A program made the position numbers and the translations under genes. A DNA stretch of 60,490 nucleotides, from NCBI GenBank assembly GCA_031395755.1, contig JANNJO010000428.1:1-60490 (forward strand), read 5' to 3'. Below, piece after piece: positions 1 to 8,386 of the stretch (positions within the stretch are counted from its first letter, which is position 1; every line of letters begins with the position of its first letter). This DNA comes from Acidobacteriota bacterium (GTDB taxonomy: Bacteria > Acidobacteriota > Vicinamibacteria > Vicinamibacterales > JAMQPK01). A model generated the notes under the pieces. That model was given only the letters and a program-made list of their open reading frames with translations. It ran no database searches and was not told the origin of the DNA.

Positions 1-607
1 CCCGCACGCGCTGGCGTCCGGCATCGGGACGCGGATCGCGGGTGCGCTCGGTCACTATCAAGCCGACAAGCCCGCCGGCGGTTGCCAGCGAGAAGACCAG
101 CGGCGGGTTGAGATCGTTGTCTATAAGCGCTGCAACACCCGCGCCCATCAGCGCGCCAGCACCGGTACCAAGTAGCCCCAGCCCGGCATCGGTCCGGCTA
201 TGGTCGGCACGGCGGACGAGGAAGCGATCCCCGGCAAGGACTCCAAGAACCCCGCCCACGGTCGCGGCCGCATAGGCGCTCGATGTACTGGGACTTTCGG
301 GGAGGAACGAGACGCCCGCCCCTACGCCGAGCAGTGTGGACGCCCACAGGATCTGGATGTCCCCCGGAGTCACGTTGTAGCTGGAGTTCTTTGGGTACAG
401 CACACCGAGCGGATACCCGACGAGGCCCGAGGCGAGGATGGTGACCACCCGGAACTTGTCCGAGATGCGCTCGCTGCAGCTCCCTCTCCCGGTTACGGGA
501 TCGACGGCACAGCTCCCATCCCCCTGGATCATTCCGGTCGTCCCAAAGGCGATGAGGGCACCGATATCCGCGCCGAATCCGGCGCCCACCGCCTCGGCCT
601 CCGTCAT
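1..607 (-). CDS. glycine-rich (glycine-zipper-like) membrane protein, 3' end cut by window edge
   Basis: Absent from the ORF track because its stop lies left of the window. The reverse frame from ATG (complement of 605-607) stays open to position 1 and is GC3-rich. It reads MTEAEAVGAGFGADIGALIAFGTTGMIQ...GLLGTGAGALMGAGVAALI with repeated small-xxx-small segments. Start uncertain. Confidence 0.4.
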   Translation of the reverse strand, partial: MTEAEAVGAGFGADIGALIAFGTTGMIQGDGSCAVDPVTGRGSCSERISDKFRVVTILASGLVGYPLGVLYPKNSSYNVTPGDIQILWASTLLGVGAGVSFLPESPSTSSAYAAATVGGVLGVLAGDRFLVRRADHSRTDAGLGLLGTGAGALMGAGVAALIDNDLNPPLVFSLATAGGLVGLIVTERTRDPRPDAGRQRVR

Positions 608-730
608 CCCCCGCGCCAGGCGAAGTCCTAGCGCAGTCCCGCCGAGTCCTCCGATGAACGCTCCCGCTGCCGGGACGCCGAGTCCCGCTCGAGTGAGGCG
701 TCAGGGACGCAGACCGAGCACGAGCAGGCG

Positions 731-1177
731 TTGGGAGGCGCGCAGCAGGCGTTGCGCGAGGCCGAGACGCGTGCCGAGATCGCGGAGGGCAAGCTCGCGC
801 TGCTGCACGCGGCCGTCCCTCCAGCCGCTGCGCCCCGACCGGTCGCCCCCAACGAGGAGTTTCGCGGGGTGCGGGCGGCGAAGCGGCTCACCATCTCCGG
901 CGAGCTCGACATCGAGATCGATGGCGTACCCGCCAAGCTGGTCGATGTGTCGGTGACCGGCGCCCAGATCCTTGCATCGGCGTCCATGAAGCCGAACAGG
1001 CTCGTCCGGCTTACGTTGCCCAGCGGTGACCAGACGATGGTCTGCAAGGCGAAAATCATGTGGTCGCGGCTCGAACCCAGAGCCGGGCAGATGTGGTATC
1101 GCGCGGGGTTGTCGTTCACCGCTGTTGACCAGATCGCGCTCGAAACCTTCATCGACGGACAGGATTCCCCCCGCTAG
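731..1177 (+). CDS. PilZ domain (c-di-GMP-binding) protein
   Basis: ORF 731-1177; TTG at 731 is the first possible start after the in-frame TAG at 629-631. Both PilZ signature motifs are present: RAAKR (RxxxR) and DVSVTG (D/NxSxxG). Confidence 0.8.
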   Translation: MGGAQQALREAETRAEIAEGKLALLHAAVPPAAAPRPVAPNEEFRGVRAAKRLTISGELDIEIDGVPAKLVDVSVTGAQILASASMKPNRLVRLTLPSGDQTMVCKAKIMWSRLEPRAGQMWYRAGLSFTAVDQIALETFIDGQDSPR

Positions 1178-1314
1178 TTCCGGCTTCACCATTCCTACAT
1201 GAATGTCTGGGTCGTTCGAGCTTCTCTGCATTTTTGTGTGACGAAGAATGGCGTCGCAAGTCCAGAAATCGCCGGAATCCTCAACGAATTATCCAAATCC
1301 GCCGTGCAGCGATG

Positions 1315-1330
1315 TGGAACCACCTTTGCT
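1315..1330 (+). promoter_or_regulatory. candidate sigma-54 (-24/-12) promoter of the NifA-like gene
   Basis: TGGAAC-CACCT-TTGCT: GG at 1316-1317 and GC at 1328-1329 are separated by exactly 10 nt. It lies about 26 nt upstream of ATG 1356. Confidence 0.4.
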
Positions 1331-1355
1331 CGTGTGTGCGCAGGGACCACACACC

Positions 1356-2930
1356 ATGGCAACGAGCGCGACAGCCGGGTTGAAATTTTCGGAGACGACC
1401 AGTAGCCATACGAGCGAGCTTCGCCGCCTCTCGACATTTCTGGAGGTCAGTCAGACGCTGGCGGCAGCGTCGAATCAGAAAACCGCGCTTCATCAGGTGC
1501 TCGGCATCCTCGAGCGCCATCACCACGTCGTCCGCAGCACGGTCGCGCTGCTCAACACGAACGACGAGATCGAGGTCGTCGCGGCCGAGGGGCCTCCGGG
1601 CGGCAAGGCCGACGCGAAGTTCCGCCTCGGTGAGGGGATCACCGGCCGCGTGGTGCAGAGCGGCAAGCCGATCGTCGTGCCGCGCGTCTCGCGCGAGCCG
1701 ATGTTCCTCCGGCGCACGTCGGATCGCCCTGAGCTCGCACGGGAGGAGATCAGCTACGTGTGCGTGCCGATTCTGTTGAACCGCAAGGCCGTTGGCGCCC
1801 TGGGCGCCGATTTTCGCTTCAAGGCGGATCGCGATTTCGATCGGAGCGTGAAGTTCCTGGGGGTGGTCGCCTCGCTCATGGCGCAGGCGATCCGCATTCA
1901 GCGCGTGATCGATGCGGAGCGCGATCGGCTGCGGGAGGAGAACACGCATCTCAAGCTCGAGCTGCGCGAGCGCTACGACTTCTCCAACATCCTGGGCACC
2001 AGCGGTCCGATGCGGCTCGTCTACGAGCAGGTGGCGCAGGTGGCGCGGACCGATACGACCGTGCTTGTGCGCGGCGAGTCGGGCACCGACAAGGAGCTCA
2101 TCGCTCAGGCCGTCCATTACAATTCGCTGCGCGCCAAGCGCCCGTTCATCAAAGTCAGCTGTGCTGCGCTGCCCGAAAGCCTGATCGAGTCCGAGCTCTT
2201 CGGCTATGAAAAGGGCGCGTTCACGGGTGCGCACGCACCCAAGAAGGGCCGCTTCGAGCTCGCCGAAGGGGGCACGCTGTTTCTGGACGAAATCGGCGAG
2301 CTCAACCTCTCGACGCAGATCAAGCTGCTGCGGGTGCTGCAGGAGCGCGAGTTCGAGCGGCTCGGCGGCACGAAGACGCTTCGCGCGAACGTGCGGATGA
2401 TCGCGGCGACGAACAAGGACGTCGAGAAGGCGATTGCCGACGGCAGCTTCCGCGAGGACCTGTATTACCGGCTCAACGTCTTCGCGATCTTCATCCCTCC
2501 GCTCCGGGAACGGAAGCCGGATCTTCTGCTGCTGGCCGATCATTTTCTCGAGAAGGCGTCGATCGCCAACAGCAGGCACATCAAGCGGATCTCCACCCCC
2601 GCGATTGACATGCTGATGGCGTATCACTGGCCGGGCAACGTGCGCGAACTGGAGAACGCCATCGAACGGGCCGTGGTGGTGTGCGACGGCCAGGTCGTCC
2701 ACGCGCATCATCTGCCGCCGACGCTGCAGACGGCGGCCTCCTCCGGCACCCTGACGAGCTTGTCGCTGGAGGAGGCGATCGCGGCCTACGAGAAAGATCT
2801 CATCCAGGACGCGTTGAAAACCTCACGTGGCAACCGCGCGAAGGCCGCCCGTTTGCTCAACACCACCGGCCGCATCATGAACTACAAGGTCCGCCAGCTC
2901 GGGATCGACTGGCGGAGATTCAAGAAGTAA
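1356..2930 (+). CDS. sigma-54-dependent transcriptional activator, NifA-like (GAF + AAA+ + Fis-type HTH)
   Basis: ORF 1248-2930. GAF region (GEGITGRVV), GAFTGA loop ([15 protein letters not shown]), Walker B (TLFLDEIGE) and a C-terminal HTH ([21 protein letters not shown]). ATG 1356 is preferred over 1248 because the paralogue at 15667-17232 aligns from here and the candidate sigma-54 promoter lies at 1315-1330. Walker A is atypical (GESGTDKE). Confidence 0.9.
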   Translation: MATSATAGLKFSETTSSHTSELRRLSTFLEVSQTLAAASNQKTALHQVLGILERHHHVVRSTVALLNTNDEIEVVAAEGPPGGKADAKFRLGEGITGRVVQSGKPIVVPRVSREPMFLRRTSDRPELAREEISYVCVPILLNRKAVGALGADFRFKADRDFDRSVKFLGVVASLMAQAIRIQRVIDAERDRLREENTHLKLELRERYDFSNILGTSGPMRLVYEQVAQVARTDTTVLVRGESGTDKELIAQAVHYNSLRAKRPFIKVSCAALPESLIESELFGYEKGAFTGAHAPKKGRFELAEGGTLFLDEIGELNLSTQIKLLRVLQEREFERLGGTKTLRANVRMIAATNKDVEKAIADGSFREDLYYRLNVFAIFIPPLRERKPDLLLLADHFLEKASIANSRHIKRISTPAIDMLMAYHWPGNVRELENAIERAVVVCDGQVVHAHHLPPTLQTAASSGTLTSLSLEEAIAAYEKDLIQDALKTSRGNRAKAARLLNTTGRIMNYKVRQLGIDWRRFKK

Positions 2931-3010
2931 CAAAAACGCCTGCCGGTATTGTGCGACCGACAAGTTTGTCTGTCTGCATCCAACCCGCGATTCCGATGCA
3001 GATTCGGGCA

Positions 3011-3034
3011 CCGCGCCAGCGGATTCTGGCGCGG
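3011..3034. promoter_or_regulatory. 9-bp inverted repeat CCGCGCCAG-N6-CTGGCGCGG (candidate enhancer site or weak terminator)
   Basis: Perfect 9-bp arms at 3011-3019 and 3026-3034. It lies 80 nt after the regulator stop and about 120 nt upstream of the amtB sigma-54 promoter. There is no T-tract after it. Confidence 0.3.
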
Positions 3035-3151
3035 TAGAGGAACCTACATAAATGTATCCGAAGACGCGTGGTCATACGCGTTTGTGGGATCGAAGAAACC
3101 GCTCGCTCGCGAGTTTCCTTAGGAAAACTGCAGATGTGTCTGTTTGCGGGC

Positions 3152-3167
3152 TGGCGCCTGAATTGCA
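3152..3167 (+). promoter_or_regulatory. sigma-54 (-24/-12) promoter upstream of amtB
   Basis: TGGCGC-CTGAA-TTGCA: GG 3153-3154 and GC 3165-3166 with 10-nt spacing, matching the TGGCAC-N5-TTGCW consensus at 9 of 11 defined positions. It lies 68 nt upstream of ATG 3235 and just downstream of a sigma-54 activator gene. Confidence 0.55.
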
Positions 3168-3234
3168 AAATGACGTCGCGTCATCTTCGAGTGCCGCCGC
3201 GCGCGGCCGTTACTCACTGCTTCGAGGTGCTCAC

Positions 3235-4521
3235 ATGAATTCAGCCGATACCGCATGGATGTTGGTCTCCACCGCGCTCGTTCTCCTCATGACCCCGGCG
3301 CTCGCGTTCTTTTATGGCGGCCTCGTCCGCTCAAAGAATGCTCTCAACACGATGATGATGAGCTTTATCTCGCTCGGCTTCATCGGCGTGATGTGGGCCG
3401 TCGTGGGGTACTCGCTCTCGTTCGCCCCCGGCAATAACTACATCGGCGATCTCTCCCGCTTCGCGCTGAAAGGCGTCGGACTCGAGGCGCAGGGCACCAT
3501 TCCGCACTACCTGTTCATGGCCTATCAGGGCACGTTCTGCATCATCACGGCGGCGCTGATCTCGGGCGCCATCGTCGAGCGGATGCGGTTCTCGGCATAC
3601 CTGGCGTTCATCATCCTGTGGGCGCTGGTGGTGTACACGCCGGTGGCGCACTGGGTGTGGGGCGGCGGGTGGCTGGCCGACATGGGCGCGCTCGATTTCG
3701 CCGGCGGAACGGTCGTGCACGTCAACGCCGGCGTGGCGGCGCTGGTGGCGGCCATCGTCATCGGACGACGGAAGGATTATCCGAGCTCGTCGCTGCTGCC
3801 GCACAACGTGCCGTTCACGCTGCTCGGTGCCGGCCTGCTCTGGTTCGGCTGGTTCGGATTCAACGCCGGCAGCGCGCTGAGCGCGAGCCCGATTGCGGGA
3901 CTGGCGTTCGTGACGACGTTCCTCGCCCCGATGGGCACCCTCGTCGTGTGGACACTCCTCGATTACATGCGAGCAGGGAAGCCGACTGCCGTCGGATGCG
4001 CCACGGCCATCGTCGTTGGCCTGGTTGCGGTCACGCCGGCCGCCGGGTTCATCGGCCCGATGAGCGCCATCGCGCTGGGCGCCATCGCGGCGGTGCCGAG
4101 CTATTTCGGTCTGGTGTGGCGCGCGAAGACCTCGCTTGATGATTCGCTCGACGTCGTCGCCGCGCACGGTGTCGGCGGCACCGTGGGCGCGCTGCTCACG
4201 GGCGTGTTCGCCCAGAAGGCGCTCAACGGCATCGCCGACGGCGCGCTCTTCGGCAACCCGGCGCAGCTCGGGATTCAGGCGGCGGCCGTGGGCGCGACCA
4301 TCGTCTACAGCGGCGTCATGAGCTTTGTGCTGCTCAAGCTCATCGCGCTCGTCGTTCCGCTACGCGTCTCGGCGGCCGATGAAGACACCGGGCTCGACCT
4401 CAGCAATCACGGCGAAGAGGCGTACGTGCACGGCGAAAACCTCGGCATGTCCGAAACCGCCGCACCCGCCAAAGTGCCGGCACTGGCGCCGCGCTCTGAG
4501 CTCGCATCACAACGTTCTTAA
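3235..4521 (+). CDS. amtB: ammonium transporter (Amt family)
   Basis: ORF 3052-4521. The Amt-typical N-terminus MNSADTAWMLVSTALVLLMTPALAFFYGGLVR starts at the in-frame ATG 3235. About 11 TM segments. The upstream part of the ORF overlaps the promoter region. Confidence 0.9.
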   Translation: MNSADTAWMLVSTALVLLMTPALAFFYGGLVRSKNALNTMMMSFISLGFIGVMWAVVGYSLSFAPGNNYIGDLSRFALKGVGLEAQGTIPHYLFMAYQGTFCIITAALISGAIVERMRFSAYLAFIILWALVVYTPVAHWVWGGGWLADMGALDFAGGTVVHVNAGVAALVAAIVIGRRKDYPSSSLLPHNVPFTLLGAGLLWFGWFGFNAGSALSASPIAGLAFVTTFLAPMGTLVVWTLLDYMRAGKPTAVGCATAIVVGLVAVTPAAGFIGPMSAIALGAIAAVPSYFGLVWRAKTSLDDSLDVVAAHGVGGTVGALLTGVFAQKALNGIADGALFGNPAQLGIQAAAVGATIVYSGVMSFVLLKLIALVVPLRVSAADEDTGLDLSNHGEEAYVHGENLGMSETAAPAKVPALAPRSELASQRS

Positions 4522-4536
4522 ACGCAGGTCCATATC

Positions 4537-5436
4537 ATGGAGGCCCACTTGACCGCATTGCTCTCATTCCGTTCACGACTGCTTCGCCTCGCGCTTGCAG
4601 GCGCGATGCTACTCACGCTTACCGGCTCGGCGCGGGCGCAGGCAACCGATCCCAATCCCGGCGCGGTCACGCTGACGGCCGGTATCGACTTTCCCTCGGT
4701 GTACTTCTTCCGAGGCATCCGGCAGGAGGCCGAACCGAAGCTGACCACGTTTGCCTTTGGTGATGTCGGCATCGCGCTGTTCTCCGGCGACGGCGGTCTG
4801 AAAAGCGCCGGCGTCAACTTTGGTGTGTGGAACAGCCTCCATACGGGATCGTCCGGATCGGACGTACGCAACCAGGGGTTGCACTACGAAGAGGATTTCT
4901 ACGCCTCGTTGGCGCTGGGATTTGGTGGCGGCGTCACGGTCACTCCGACCTTTACCGCCTATACGAGCCCGAATGGATTGTTTGCCACGGTCCAGGAGAT
5001 CAGCCTCAAAGTCGCGCACGCCAGCAAGTTTGCTCCCTACGGCCTCCTGGCATTCGAAGTCGGAGGCCCCGGACAGGCCGACGGCGGCCACACGCACATC
5101 GGTGACCAGGGCGTGTATGCCGAATTCGGCGCTGGCCCGAGCTGGCCCCTTGGTGGCGACGGTGCCACCGTGGCTGTGCCCGTCAAGGTCGGCTTGAGCC
5201 TTGCCAACTACTACGAGACGTCCGATGGCAAGGACCACAAGTTCGGGTACTTCGATATCGGCGCCCTGTTCACGGTGCCGTTCACAACTGCACCGACGAA
5301 GTTCGGGACGTGGAATCTCCATGGCGGCGTGAACGTCCTCTCGCTCGGTGACGGAACCAAGCAGTTCAACGTCAAGGACGGCGAGGCCAAGGGCAGCCAG
5401 GTCATCGGCTCCGTCGGCATCGGGATGACGTACTGA
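4537..5436 (+). CDS. outer-membrane beta-barrel protein, TorF/Gcw_chp-like putative porin
   Basis: Signal peptide ending ARAQA, alternating beta-strand pattern, SVYFFRGIRQ motif typical of the TorF-type family, and a C-terminal aromatic residue (MTY). Confidence 0.65.
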   Translation: MEAHLTALLSFRSRLLRLALAGAMLLTLTGSARAQATDPNPGAVTLTAGIDFPSVYFFRGIRQEAEPKLTTFAFGDVGIALFSGDGGLKSAGVNFGVWNSLHTGSSGSDVRNQGLHYEEDFYASLALGFGGGVTVTPTFTAYTSPNGLFATVQEISLKVAHASKFAPYGLLAFEVGGPGQADGGHTHIGDQGVYAEFGAGPSWPLGGDGATVAVPVKVGLSLANYYETSDGKDHKFGYFDIGALFTVPFTTAPTKFGTWNLHGGVNVLSLGDGTKQFNVKDGEAKGSQVIGSVGIGMTY

Positions 5437-5470
5437 CGCAGCCCTGAATTCGGGCCCGCGAAGTATCCTT

Positions 5471-8047
5471 ATGTCCGTATGTGTGCCGATGGCGCCTGCT
5501 AAAGGTAAGGACGTCGATCAGGCGGAGCTTCGGCTCCGCCTGTCCGCGTCGCTCGACGAGGCGCGGCGCGAGCTCGTCGGCGCCACCGAGCGCGGCGAAG
5601 GCGGGCGCATGGCGCTGGCGCGCTTTTCGGAGTGCATCGACGGGATCATCCGCGACCTTGTCGACAGCGCGCGCACCCAGACCGCGGCGTCCCTCGCAGT
5701 GTGCGCGGTCGGCGGGTACGGGCGCCGGTCGCAGTTCCTCCACTCCGATATCGACCTGCTCGTCGTCTTCGGCGGCCCGATCGGCCGCCCGGAGGAGCGT
5801 TTCATCAAGGCGCTGCTGCATCCCCTTTGGGATCTGAAGTTCCAGGTCGGGCATCACGTCCGTGAGATAACCGATTTCGATCGGCTGGACACCGGCAACC
5901 CGGAATATCTGCTCTCGCTGATGGACCTGAGGCGGCTGGCCGGCGACCGCGATCTCCTCGATCGTCTGGAGGGGGCGATCAAATCCTCCGCGCCTCAGTG
6001 GCGCCCGCAGATCCTCGACGCGCTCGTGACGCTGACCGACCAGCGGCACAGCGAGTTCCACGAGACCGTGTACCAGCTCGAGCCGGATGTAAAGGACGGC
6101 CCCGGTGCGCTTCGTGACGTGTGGGCGACCCGGATGCTGCTGCGCCTCGGGGGCGATCGGCGGCACGCGCCGCGCCACGCATCGCCGGATCGGTTGAACG
6201 ACGCCGAAGAATTTCTCATGCGCATCCGTTCGGGCCTGCACCTCGACGCCGGGCGCAACGCGAACGTGCTGAGCTATGAGCTGCAGGAGAAGGCGGCCGA
6301 GCGGATGCGTTATGCCGGACCGGACGTGCGCCGGCGGGTGGAAGCGCTGATGACGGACTACTTCAAGGACGCGCGCAGCGTGACGCGCGCGCTCGGCCGT
6401 GTGCGGCGCGTGGCGGTGCCGCCGCCTCCGACCTCGATTCAGCTGATCGGCCAGAACCTGATGTGGGTGGTCGAAGGCATCACCTTCGACGATGCCGCCG
6501 CCGCCGCGGCATCGCCGGCCGAATGGCTCCGCGCGTTCGACGCCGCCGTGTCGCGCAACGTGCCGGTGGGCGACGATGCGCTGGCGATGATGGAGCGGGA
6601 GCAGCAGGTGCACAACCACGCGCCGGAGGTGTTGCACCCGACGGCCGAGCATCGGCAGCGAATCGTGGAGTTTCTGCGGCCGAGGCCGGGCCTGTCGGCG
6701 CGGCTCAGCGAGATGCGCGACTGCGGTCTGCTGGGCGCCATCTTTCCCGAGCTGAACGAAATTTCGTGCCGCGTGACCCGGGATTTCTACCACAAGTACA
6801 CGGTCGACGAGCACACGCTGCTGACGGTTCGCAACGTCGAACGGCTCCTGAGCAATCCGCGGTTCGGCCCCGTGCTGCGCGATCTGCGCGCGCCCGAACT
6901 GCTCGTCCTGTCGCTGCTGTATCACGACGTCGGGAAAGCCCGGGACGGCGATCATTCGATCGTCGGCGCGGAAATGGCCACCGGCATGATGTCGCGGCTG
7001 GGGCTGGACGACGAGGCGCGTCAGACGATCGATTTCCTGATCAGGAACCATCTGAAGATGTCGCGCGTGGCGTTCCGCCGCGATACCGAAGAGCCCGAGG
7101 TGGTGCGGCAGTTCGCCGCCCTGTTCAGTACGGAAGAGCAGCTGAAACTGCTCGTCCTGCTGACGCTGGCAGACGTCGGGGCCGTGAGCCCCGACACCCT
7201 GACGCCCTGGAAGGAAGAGCTGTTGTGGCGGCTCTACGTCGACGCCTACAACCAGATGACGCTGGGGTACGGCGACGACATCATCGATCGCGAGCAGGCG
7301 CTCGTTGCGGCGCTGCAGGCGAGCCGTCCCGCCGACATTTCGGAATCGGAGATGGCGAGCTTCCTCGAGGGGCTGCCGCGGCGCTATCTCATTCTGTTTT
7401 CGCCTGACGCCATCTATCGCCACGTGCGGCTCTCGCGGGACATCCGTCCCGACGAGGCGCATTTCTTTCTCGAAGAGAAAGCCAAGGCGTGGGAGCTGAC
7501 GGTCGTTTCGCTCGACAAGCCGTTCCTGTTCTCGAACATTTGCGGCGTGCTCGCCTACTTCGGGATGGATATTCTCCGCGGTCATGCGCTCACGAGCCTG
7601 GCGGGGACGGTCCTGGATGTCTTCGAGTTCGCCGACTCCGGCGAATTCTTCGAGCGCAACTCGGAAGGGCGGAAGGAGTTCGACCGCCGCCTCCACGAGG
7701 TCGTCAACGGCCAGGCCGACGTCACGACGCTGCTCAGGAGCAAGGAGCGGAGCGTGTTGTTCCGGCGCGCGCTCGTCCGCCGCCAGCCCGTCGTCTACTT
7801 TGACAGCGGCCACTCGCAGCGGTACACCGTGCTCGAGCTCGTGGCGGAGGATGCGCCCGGGTTGCTGTACCGGGTCAGCCGGGTCATCTCGGATCACGGG
7901 ATCGACGTCGATCTCGTGTTGATCTCGACCGAAGGACAGAAAGCCATCGACGTATTTCACATCACTCGCGGCGGGGCGAAGCTTTCGGAAGACGCCGAGG
8001 CGGCGTTGAAAGCGGACCTCGAACGCATGCTGAAGGAGAGCGCATGA
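5471..8047 (+). CDS. glnD: [protein-PII] uridylyltransferase / uridylyl-removing enzyme
   Basis: 858 aa. Nucleotidyltransferase motif GGYGRRSQFLHSDIDLLVVF, an HD domain (LLYHDVGK) and two C-terminal ACT-like regions. The stop overlaps the PII start (ATGA at 8044-8047). Confidence 0.9.
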   Translation: MSVCVPMAPAKGKDVDQAELRLRLSASLDEARRELVGATERGEGGRMALARFSECIDGIIRDLVDSARTQTAASLAVCAVGGYGRRSQFLHSDIDLLVVFGGPIGRPEERFIKALLHPLWDLKFQVGHHVREITDFDRLDTGNPEYLLSLMDLRRLAGDRDLLDRLEGAIKSSAPQWRPQILDALVTLTDQRHSEFHETVYQLEPDVKDGPGALRDVWATRMLLRLGGDRRHAPRHASPDRLNDAEEFLMRIRSGLHLDAGRNANVLSYELQEKAAERMRYAGPDVRRRVEALMTDYFKDARSVTRALGRVRRVAVPPPPTSIQLIGQNLMWVVEGITFDDAAAAAASPAEWLRAFDAAVSRNVPVGDDALAMMEREQQVHNHAPEVLHPTAEHRQRIVEFLRPRPGLSARLSEMRDCGLLGAIFPELNEISCRVTRDFYHKYTVDEHTLLTVRNVERLLSNPRFGPVLRDLRAPELLVLSLLYHDVGKARDGDHSIVGAEMATGMMSRLGLDDEARQTIDFLIRNHLKMSRVAFRRDTEEPEVVRQFAALFSTEEQLKLLVLLTLADVGAVSPDTLTPWKEELLWRLYVDAYNQMTLGYGDDIIDREQALVAALQASRPADISESEMASFLEGLPRRYLILFSPDAIYRHVRLSRDIRPDEAHFFLEEKAKAWELTVVSLDKPFLFSNICGVLAYFGMDILRGHALTSLAGTVLDVFEFADSGEFFERNSEGRKEFDRRLHEVVNGQADVTTLLRSKERSVLFRRALVRRQPVVYFDSGHSQRYTVLELVAEDAPGLLYRVSRVISDHGIDVDLVLISTEGQKAIDVFHITRGGAKLSEDAEAALKADLERMLKESA

Positions 8048-8373
8048 AGCTGATTAAGGCGATCGTCCGTCCCAACATGGTGGACAACATCAAGGAGGCC
8101 CTCGGCAAGATGAACATCGCGGGCATGACCGTCACCGAGGTGCGGGGTCACGGCCGCCAGAAGGGGCACACGGCGGTGTACCGCGGGCGCGAGTACGAAG
8201 TGAGCCTGCTGCCGAAGATGGAGATCGAGGTCGTCGTTCCGGATGGCTCCGTGGACGAAGCCATCAAGGCGATCATCGGCGCGGCGCGAACCGGCGAGAT
8301 CGGCGACGGCCGGGTGTTCGTGATGCCTGTCGAGCAGGGCTACAATATCCGCACCGGCGAGAAGGACGTCTAG
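8044..8373 (+). CDS. glnB: nitrogen regulatory protein P-II
   Basis: 109 aa, MKLIKAIVRP... T-loop GRQKGHTAVYRGREY retains the uridylylatable Tyr51 position. The glnB versus glnK assignment is not resolvable here. Confidence 0.95.
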   Translation: MKLIKAIVRPNMVDNIKEALGKMNIAGMTVTEVRGHGRQKGHTAVYRGREYEVSLLPKMEIEVVVPDGSVDEAIKAIIGAARTGEIGDGRVFVMPVEQGYNIRTGEKDV

Positions 8374-8386
8374 AAGCTCTGGGCGC

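Noticed and set aside
2931-3150. A canonical NifA upstream activator sequence, TGT-N10-ACA.
   Set aside because: No exact TGT-N10-ACA is present in either promoter-upstream region (1178-1314, 2931-3150), so the enhancer site remains unidentified apart from the 3011-3034 palindrome.
5402-7960. Very long antisense or alternative-frame ORFs. Examples: 5402-7960(-), 1281-2711(-), 12165-13616(-), 15604-16821(+), 46539-47921(+), 58293-59996(+), 26973-28085(-), 30987-32117(-).
   Set aside because: Their translations are Arg/Pro/Ala/Gly-rich and low-complexity, as expected for stop-poor frames in ~65% GC DNA. Each is shadowed by an opposite-strand ORF with a clear family signature (glnD, NifA-like, ABC, LytS, gltA and others).
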